Shown: piece by piece, positions 57,846-64,000 of the stretch
Numbering within the stretch: the first letter of the stretch is position 1
Layout: the number at the start of each line of letters is the position of its first letter
Origin: an uncultured Hyphomicrobium sp.
GTDB lineage: Bacteria > Pseudomonadota > Alphaproteobacteria > Rhizobiales > Hyphomicrobiaceae
NCBI GenBank assembly: GCA_964508485.1
Contig: CAZDUD010000002.1
Location: forward strand, 2,469-66,468
Direction: 5' to 3'
Length of the DNA stretch: 64,000 bases
Program-made: the position numbers and the translations under genes
Notes under the pieces: model-generated
The model's database searches: none
Seen by the model: the letters and a program-made list of their open reading frames with translations, nothing else
Told to the model about the DNA's origin: nothing

Positions 57846-58008
57846 CGGAAAGCGCCCTTACGTCTTCGCGCCTCAGAATCCATCCGTCGACAATGACGAG
57901 CTCCGGTGCGTCGGAAAGGTAGCCTTCAAGTATCCTGGATTGCCGGAAAAACGCGGAGAAAAGGAACGTTCCCGCCAAAAAGCTCAGGACCCGTCGACGG
58001 GAAATCAT
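57835..58008 (-). CDS. 57-aa twin-arginine small protein (absent from the ORF track)
   Basis: Hand translation: MISRRRVLSFLAGTFLFSAFFRQSRILEGYLSDAPELVIVDGWILRREDVRALSDAA. AGGAGG RBS, and its 3' end overlaps the GMC start by 11 nt. Confidence 0.75.
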   Translation of the reverse strand: MISRRRVLSFLAGTFLFSAFFRQSRILEGYLSDAPELVIVDGWILRREDVRALSDAA

Positions 58009-58193
58009 AGTGGCACACCCCTCCTGATCATTCCGCCAAGCGACCGCGCACAGGACTGAAAAAGAGCTCCGCTTGCATCGCCGAGAGGGTCAAAGGCCTG
58101 CCCGTTTGCTGCGCGAGCGGTGACTGTACCAGCACGCAGCATAGTCGAGCAAGGCGATGTAGGCTCGTGCGCGAATGGCTGCGGCCGCATGAA

Positions 58194-59135
58194 TCACCGC
58201 CCGAACACGGCGCCAAGGATAGCGCCGTGGGCCCAGTGCGCATCCCACATTGTATTGAAGTGCGCAGGTGTCGGCGGCTGCCCGGCAGGGTAGAGACGCC
58301 GAAGGGCGTACGGCGCGTTTCTTGCCAGAAGTCCCAGGCGGCGGACGATCGACCCCCGCCTCGCTTCGACAAGACGAACCGCGGTACCGCGCCCATGCCG
58401 TTCGGCGCGCTCCAGCATGAATGCGAGATCGGTCTGAAATCCGCGCACCAGATGCCGCACGCCTGCGCCGCGCACATATCTCGCTCCGACGCCGCGTTCC
58501 GTGAGCAGGTCCATGATCATCGAATCTTCACCCATGGGGAACGTGCGGCTCTTGCCCTGCACAAAGGTTGGCCCGAGGCTGGCTGGCACGTCGTGGAGAA
58601 CATCGACATAGGTGCGCCGGATGAGGAAGTTTGGACCGTAGATGTGGAGGGGTGCGTCGACGGGGCCCTCCGGCTGATCCGAGAGAGCGAACAACTCCGC
58701 GTGATGATCCCGGCTTGCCTCGAACCACGGTCCAACGCTCTCCATGGGTGTCGGCGTTATCGGGCCGCCAAGCAATCCGACATGGTCGCCCTGCGCGTCA
58801 GCGACGGCCTCGTAAGCCGTGAGCCAGGACGTAGCAGGCTCGACATCGTCATCGGTAAACAGGACGAGGTCGCCCTGGACCGCGGCCGCGCCCACCTTGA
58901 GGGCCGGCATCTTGCCGGGCTCGGCGCAATACAGCGCCGTCAAGGGCAGATCCGCCGCGGCTTCTCGCAGCAATTGCGGGGTCGTATCCGTGCTGGCGTT
59001 GTCGACTGCGATCACGCGCCACGGGCGCTGCGGCGAATCCAGCCGACGCAGCGCCGCAAGCATCCGCGGCAGCGTGCGTGCACCGTTGTGTGTGGCAAAG
59101 ACGATATCGATCCCGCGCGGCTCTCCCATTCTCAT
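58194..59135 (-). CDS. GT2 glycosyltransferase
   Basis: ATHNG, VDNASTD, FTDDD, G.N...RR and GED. Confidence 0.87.
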   Translation of the reverse strand: MRMGEPRGIDIVFATHNGARTLPRMLAALRRLDSPQRPWRVIAVDNASTDTTPQLLREAAADLPLTALYCAEPGKMPALKVGAAAVQGDLVLFTDDDVEPATSWLTAYEAVADAQGDHVGLLGGPITPTPMESVGPWFEASRDHHAELFALSDQPEGPVDAPLHIYGPNFLIRRTYVDVLHDVPASLGPTFVQGKSRTFPMGEDSMIMDLLTERGVGARYVRGAGVRHLVRGFQTDLAFMLERAERHGRGTAVRLVEARRGSIVRRLGLLARNAPYALRRLYPAGQPPTPAHFNTMWDAHWAHGAILGAVFGR

Positions 59136-59196
59136 GTTCCCGAACGAGAGATCGCACGGAAGCGCGCTCTGCGACCGTGTCGCACGCTGAGTATCT

Positions 59197-60726
59197 TCAC
59201 AGCGGTGCTCCGAGCCATGCCAGCACGAAAGCGGTCGCCATCACCGCGCCGAGCATGAGGCTCTGGCGGTCCTTGAGAGCGAACGCGACCGGATCGTCGT
59301 TCAGCTCGCCGCGCTGACTGATGAGCCAGATCCGCCCGACCCAAATAAAAAGGATCAGCGGAAACCACCACAGCCAGTTGGGGTTCCCATAGAACTCATG
59401 ATTGAAGGCATCGAAAATGAGATAGAGCACCATGATCAAGACCGATGCTGTGCCGGTCGCCACGCCGAGCACAAGCGCGAGCGGCGCGTCGGCAACGACG
59501 TACCCGCGTCCCGGAACAATCGTTTCGCCCTTGGCCGCTGTTCGCTGGATTTCCGTGTTGCGCTTGGCAACCGACAGCGACGTGAAGAGGAACATTGAGA
59601 ACACCAGAAGCCAGGGCGATGCGAACACCTGGGCAGCGGCAATTCCGATGGCCAACCGAAGCGTAAACAGGGTGGCGAGCACCACCACATCCAAAATCGG
59701 CAGCCGCTTGATGTGGATTGAGTAGCTGAGCGTCAGCACCAGATAGACGGTGATCCCGATAAAGACGCCGAGTCCGACGGCGGCGCCGATCGCGAGCCCC
59801 GCTGCGATCGAGACGGCAGCGGCCACGAGTGCCGTCCCGATTGGGAGGTCGCCGGCCGCGATCGGTCTGAACCGTTTCGACCAATGGCGGCGATCATGCG
59901 AGATATCGAGGAGGTCGTTGATCAGATAGGTGCCGACCGCGACGAGACCAAGCGCCAGAAAGGCGAACACGCACTTGAGCACCGTAGCGGGGTTGGCGAT
60001 CGTACCGCTCAATAGTGCAGGCACGAAGATCAGCATGTTCTTGGCCCACTGATGCAGGCGTGCCGCCTTGATCAGTGCGCCGATGCGCGATTTGCCTTCT
60101 ATAACCGTCAGAGGTTTTTTTAGCGCCGTCACTTTCCGAAGCGTGGCCGAGCTTGGCGATACCGCGACGACGTGCCGCGCGTCGCGCCAGACATGAAGAT
60201 CGGCAGCGCTGTCGCCGACATAGTCGTAGCCGTCCGGAAAGCGTTCATTGACGGTCGCAGCCTTGTTGCGCCCTTTCAGGTTTCGGATGCCGTCGCTCGA
60301 AATGACGCCGTCGAGAAATGGAAAGCGCGCGGCAATTTTGCTTGCGAGTTGCTCGTCGCTCGCCGTCACCAGGAACACTTGCCGCCCCGCGCGCTTGGCC
60401 TCGGTGGCAAGCGCAACGACTTCGTCATTGAGCGGAATGAGGTCGAGATCGAGAGACGCAGCTTCCGCGAGCTTTCTCTTAAGATAGGCGCGTCCCTTGA
60501 GAAGCCAGACAACCAGGTTGAAGAGCCGAAGCGGCTGCGCGGCAACATAGGCTAGCGCCGATTCAAGCAGCAGATCGGTCCGAATGAGCGAGCCATCGAG
60601 GTCGACGAGCAGCGGCACCGAGGACTTCGGTTCTGGATCGTCCGCTGCGATGTCCTCCTGCTCCTCTTGTGCACCCGGCGAATGGCTCGACGAAGACATG
60701 GAGTCGACGCAGGTGCCCATGGTCAT
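59197..60726 (-). CDS. HAD-UbiA fusion: polyprenyl-phosphate phosphoribosyltransferase-like (DPPR synthase/NoeC-like)
   Basis: HAD motifs VDLDGSL and YVGDS..D. UbiA motifs R.HQW.KN, NDLLD...DR.H..KR.RP.A.G, KR..E and DDPV.FALKD. Confidence 0.9.
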   Translation of the reverse strand: MTMGTCVDSMSSSSHSPGAQEEQEDIAADDPEPKSSVPLLVDLDGSLIRTDLLLESALAYVAAQPLRLFNLVVWLLKGRAYLKRKLAEAASLDLDLIPLNDEVVALATEAKRAGRQVFLVTASDEQLASKIAARFPFLDGVISSDGIRNLKGRNKAATVNERFPDGYDYVGDSAADLHVWRDARHVVAVSPSSATLRKVTALKKPLTVIEGKSRIGALIKAARLHQWAKNMLIFVPALLSGTIANPATVLKCVFAFLALGLVAVGTYLINDLLDISHDRRHWSKRFRPIAAGDLPIGTALVAAAVSIAAGLAIGAAVGLGVFIGITVYLVLTLSYSIHIKRLPILDVVVLATLFTLRLAIGIAAAQVFASPWLLVFSMFLFTSLSVAKRNTEIQRTAAKGETIVPGRGYVVADAPLALVLGVATGTASVLIMVLYLIFDAFNHEFYGNPNWLWWFPLILFIWVGRIWLISQRGELNDDPVAFALKDRQSLMLGAVMATAFVLAWLGAPL

Positions 60727-61004
60727 AAAGGCTGTACCGAAAACATGACGGGTTGAAATGAGAGTCTAGGGCACAGAATCATCGTTCGGGACTGATCACG
60801 GCAATTCCAAATGCCATTTAATCTTAACACAGCCATGGTGCGATATAAAGCATAGCCGCCGTGCGGCGCGAGCAATGGAATGCGGCATATGCGTCCTCGA
60901 AGCGCTTGTGTTTTGGGCTCATACGCCGCAAGCTGCATCAATATATTGCATGCAGCCATTTATCACCTTCGACGGGGACGAATGTTGGCCGGGAAGTTTC
61001 ACTA

Positions 61005-62486
61005 ATGGGAATCCGGCGAAGTTTCGCATTGGCTTCCGTCGACAGCTACTTCACGGTGGTCCTGAACTTCGTGACGCTGATGGTCACCGCGCGTCTGCTG
61101 ACGCCGGCGGAGTTCGGTGTGGCCGTCATAGGCATGTCGGTCCTTGGATTGGCGGAGACCCTCCAGGATTTCGGTGGCACCAACTACATCGTCCAGGTCA
61201 AGGACCTGACGCCGGAGCGCGTGCAGGCGGTGTTCACCATTACGTTTCTCCTGACGGTACCCTTCTCTCTGTTCCTGTTTCTCATGGCAGGGTCGATCGC
61301 GGAGTTTTATGACACGCCCCGCCTGAAGGATTTCCTTCACATTACATCGGTGTGCTTCCTGCTCGGGCCGTTTGTGGGGCCGGCCTATGCCGTCATGCGG
61401 CGCAATTTTGAATTCGGAAAGCTGGCAGTCCTCAACGGCGCGTCGGTCATTGTGAATACGGCACTGACGATCATCCTCGCACTGCTGGGCTTCAGCTACA
61501 TGAGCTTTGCATGGGCAAGCCTGGCCGCCGGCATCGTCTATCTCGCCGCATGCTGGTGGTGGGGGCCGCAAAGCAGGATCTATCGCTTTACGCTGACGGA
61601 ATGGCGGGAAATTTCCGCTTACGGCATCTACGACAGCTTGAAGAAGCTGCTCCAGTACGCATCGGATGCCGTACCCTTGCTTGCATTCGGCAAGACGCTC
61701 GGCGCCGACGGCGTCGGCCTCTACCAGCGCGCCTTCTCAATTAGTCGCGTGCCGGAAAAAACAATGCTGGCCGGTCTAGGGCCGGTTCTGCTTCCGGCAT
61801 TGTCGCGGCATGCCCGGGAAGGGCGCGACATGAAGGCTGGCTTCCTGAGCAGCATAGAGCACGTGACGGCGTTCTTCTGGCCGGCATTGCTGGGCATTAT
61901 CATTCTTGCAAAGCCGATCGTAGAGATCTTGCTGGGCCATCAGTGGGGCGAGGCAGTGCCCCTCGTCCAGATCATTGCAGCGGCATTTCTGCTGCAGTTA
62001 CCCTCGAGTATTGTGAATTCCGTGCAGATTGCCGCCGGGGCCATTCGCGACACCTTCATCCTGGCGCTCGTCACGATACCGGCAGCGGTTGCCCTGCAGA
62101 TATTCGCCTCGACCTATGGTCTGGAGATGGCGGCCGCGAGCTTGTTGCTTACCAGCCCGCTGTGCTGCATCGCCTCGATCGTCATGGTTCGCTGGCGTGT
62201 CCCGTTTACGTGGAGCGAGCTTTGGACTCCCCTCTGGCGGAGCGCAATAGTTGCTCTCTTCAGCGCCATCGGACCGGCAGCCGTTGCGATTTTGTCAGGC
62301 GGCACGCACGAGGTCACGATCGCCGGCGGCGTAATAGGGTTCGTCACCTCGCCCATCGGCTGGCTGCTTGGGTTGCGCGTGGTCGGACATCCGATCCTGC
62401 ACGAGGTGACCCGCGCGTTCTCGTACGTGCGGGGAGTGCTGTTGGGCAATGCGTCCAGCGCGTCCGATAGCGAATCCAAGCCGTGA
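61005..62486 (+). CDS. Wzx-type polysaccharide flippase
   Basis: ARLLTPAEFG, about 12-14 TMs, G.Y.RA and LLG.QW..AVP. Confidence 0.9.
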   Translation: MGIRRSFALASVDSYFTVVLNFVTLMVTARLLTPAEFGVAVIGMSVLGLAETLQDFGGTNYIVQVKDLTPERVQAVFTITFLLTVPFSLFLFLMAGSIAEFYDTPRLKDFLHITSVCFLLGPFVGPAYAVMRRNFEFGKLAVLNGASVIVNTALTIILALLGFSYMSFAWASLAAGIVYLAACWWWGPQSRIYRFTLTEWREISAYGIYDSLKKLLQYASDAVPLLAFGKTLGADGVGLYQRAFSISRVPEKTMLAGLGPVLLPALSRHAREGRDMKAGFLSSIEHVTAFFWPALLGIIILAKPIVEILLGHQWGEAVPLVQIIAAAFLLQLPSSIVNSVQIAAGAIRDTFILALVTIPAAVALQIFASTYGLEMAAASLLLTSPLCCIASIVMVRWRVPFTWSELWTPLWRSAIVALFSAIGPAAVAILSGGTHEVTIAGGVIGFVTSPIGWLLGLRVVGHPILHEVTRAFSYVRGVLLGNASSASDSESKP

Positions 62487-62543
62487 CGGGGCGGTTTAGG
62501 ACCGGTGCATCATCGGCCGCAGACGCGAACAGCCGCACTTGAA

Positions 62544-62576
62544 TCACGGATGCACGCACTCACGGATGCACGCACT
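62544..62576. repeat. Tandem 16-bp duplication
   Basis: TCACGGATGCACGCAC twice, exact. Confidence 0.85.
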
Positions 62577-62589
62577 GACGATGCCCAAC

Positions 62590-62633
62590 AAAAAAAACGG
62601 CCGGCGTCTGGTTCACGCCGGCCGCGTTTTTTC
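62590..62633. terminator. Bidirectional intrinsic terminator
   Basis: A8-CGGCCGGCGT...ACGCCGGCCG-CGTTTTTT between convergent wzx and the exoF-like gene. Confidence 0.85.
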
Positions 62634-62650
62634 AAAGCCTTTACCGCAGG

Positions 62651-64000
62651 TCAGTGAGGCAGTGCGTCCGTGCTGACCGGCTCGACAGCCGCCTGGTTCG
62701 GCGCCTTCGGGTGTTCGATTGAGGCCGGCGTCTCCTGCACAGGCGTCGTGGGCATGACCGGAGCATCGGGGCTGTAGCCGCCGACGAAGTAGGTCTGCGG
62801 CAGCGACATCGCAACCTTGATCGTGTCGCCGGGCAGAAGCTTGGTCGACTCGTTGGCGTCGATCTCGATGACGCTGCCCTTCACCTGCCGAACGATCGTG
62901 TAGCTGATATCGGGCTTGCCGCTTGCGCTGTCGCCCTGGCTCGTGGACGACACGAAGCGGAGCGGAGTGGTCGCGGCTTGCGCCCGCGTCTCAAGCAGCA
63001 ACTGCTCGCTGACGGTGGCTTCCTGAGTGACTTGCTCGAGGCGCGCCTCGGTCTGCTGCAGCTCGACAGTGAGATCGTTCGCGCGCTTGTTCTCGAATTC
63101 GATCTTCGACAGCATCACGCGGCTGATTTCCTGCTTGATGCGGGTGCGCTCGCTCTCGATGCGCAGCCTCTCGCCCTCGAGCTGCGCAAGGTTGCGCTGC
63201 AGGCCGAGCAGCCGTGGCTGCGTCGAAAGCCCTTTGTCGCTGAGGTGCTTGATTCCACCCAGCTCGGACTTCATCAGGTCGATCTGCGTCTGATGCGATT
63301 CAAGGCGTTTGCCCAGCGTCTCGGCTTCCTGATCGAGGAAGTTCTGAAGCTGCGTGAGCGTGGTCACCTGCGTCTCGTAGGCCTTGTTGCGCAGCTCGAA
63401 GACGCTCTGCTCCTTGGCCATCAGCGACGACGTGAACTCGACCTTATGCGGCAGGCGGGTCTTCCTCAGGTCGGACGGGAAGGCGATGCGATCGGCATAC
63501 GACAGCTCAGCCTCGATCCTCGCCTTGCGGACGATGAGGCGCTCGCGCTCCTGCATCAGGCGATCGTACTCGCCGGAAACCGTAAGAAATTCGCGCTCGA
63601 GCCGCATGCCGCCGGCCGCGTTGTTCCTGTACAGTCCGCCGCTGAGGCTGACGCCTTGGAGCACGGTCATGCCCGGCGTATACGGGAACTCGCCGGTCTT
63701 CTCGACATGGCCGGACACGAAGATGGGACGGAACTCCGTGACTTCGACAGTCGTGTCGGGCACCGCGCCGAGGTTCAACCGGTTGGCCAACTGGTGCGAG
63801 ATGACGATTCCGAGCTCCGAGGACGTATAGCCGACCGCCTTGACCTGGCCGATCAGCGGCAGGTGCAGATAGCCCGAGGGATCGATCGAATACACCTGGT
63901 TCAAGGCGGTCCAGGTGAACAGCTCGTCACGGGCCGGACGCCATTCGAAAACCTGAATGCGGACCTTGTCGCTGATGCCGAGGCGATATGCATCGCCGGC
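62651..64000 (-). CDS. Polysaccharide export protein, ExoF/Wza-like (5' end beyond the window)
   Basis: The frame stays open to the edge: AYRLGISDKVRIQVFEW, LPLIG, EFRPIFVSG.V...G, PGMTVLQ and LLPGD, with a central coiled coil. Confidence 0.88.
   Translation of the reverse strand, partial: AGDAYRLGISDKVRIQVFEWRPARDELFTWTALNQVYSIDPSGYLHLPLIGQVKAVGYTSSELGIVISHQLANRLNLGAVPDTTVEVTEFRPIFVSGHVEKTGEFPYTPGMTVLQGVSLSGGLYRNNAAGGMRLEREFLTVSGEYDRLMQERERLIVRKARIEAELSYADRIAFPSDLRKTRLPHKVEFTSSLMAKEQSVFELRNKAYETQVTTLTQLQNFLDQEAETLGKRLESHQTQIDLMKSELGGIKHLSDKGLSTQPRLLGLQRNLAQLEGERLRIESERTRIKQEISRVMLSKIEFENKRANDLTVELQQTEARLEQVTQEATVSEQLLLETRAQAATTPLRFVSSTSQGDSASGKPDISYTIVRQVKGSVIEIDANESTKLLPGDTIKVAMSLPQTYFVGGYSPDAPVMPTTPVQETPASIEHPKAPNQAAVEPVSTDALPH

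Noticed and set aside
59197-60726. Ubiquinone biosynthesis ubiA
   Set aside because: The HAD fusion, the QW.KN and DDP motifs and the glycan context fit the phosphoribosyltransferase branch.

Overview
High-GC alphaproteobacterial DNA, Hyphomicrobiales-like judging by gene content and promoter motifs. All family calls come from motif recognition by eye, with no database searches. There are three blocks. (1) 1-16.2 kb holds a FecA-like TonB-dependent receptor, a divergent MASE1-FixL/FixJ-like two-component pair and an autotransporter. It also holds a general-stress-response neighbourhood: trehalose-related GH15/PfkB/OtsB genes, small secreted proteins, a zinc-ribbon peptidase and a PRC-barrel protein. 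Six GGAAC-N16/17-CGTT (sigma-EcfG-type) promoters were read directly from this block. (2) 16.2-21.7 kb is an AceE-type (homodimeric E1) pyruvate dehydrogenase operon. (3) 23-64 kb is a succinoglycan-like EPS locus (exoX-, exoY x2, exoP-N, exoU, exoO-GT4 fusion, exoQ, exoK, exoL, wzx, exoF-like). Interleaved with it is an unusually large set of polyprenyl-phosphate-linked glycan tailoring genes: GtrA/GtrB, a HAD-UbiA phosphoribosyltransferase, a dead-deacetylase-GT2 fusion, an SMR/EamA flippase, up to four GT-C-like transferases, two GMC oxidoreductases, an aldo-keto reductase, a DegT aminotransferase and an unannotated 57-aa twin-arginine protein. This tailoring set is the best candidate for an undescribed system. 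No rRNA, tRNA, CRISPR array or transposase was seen.
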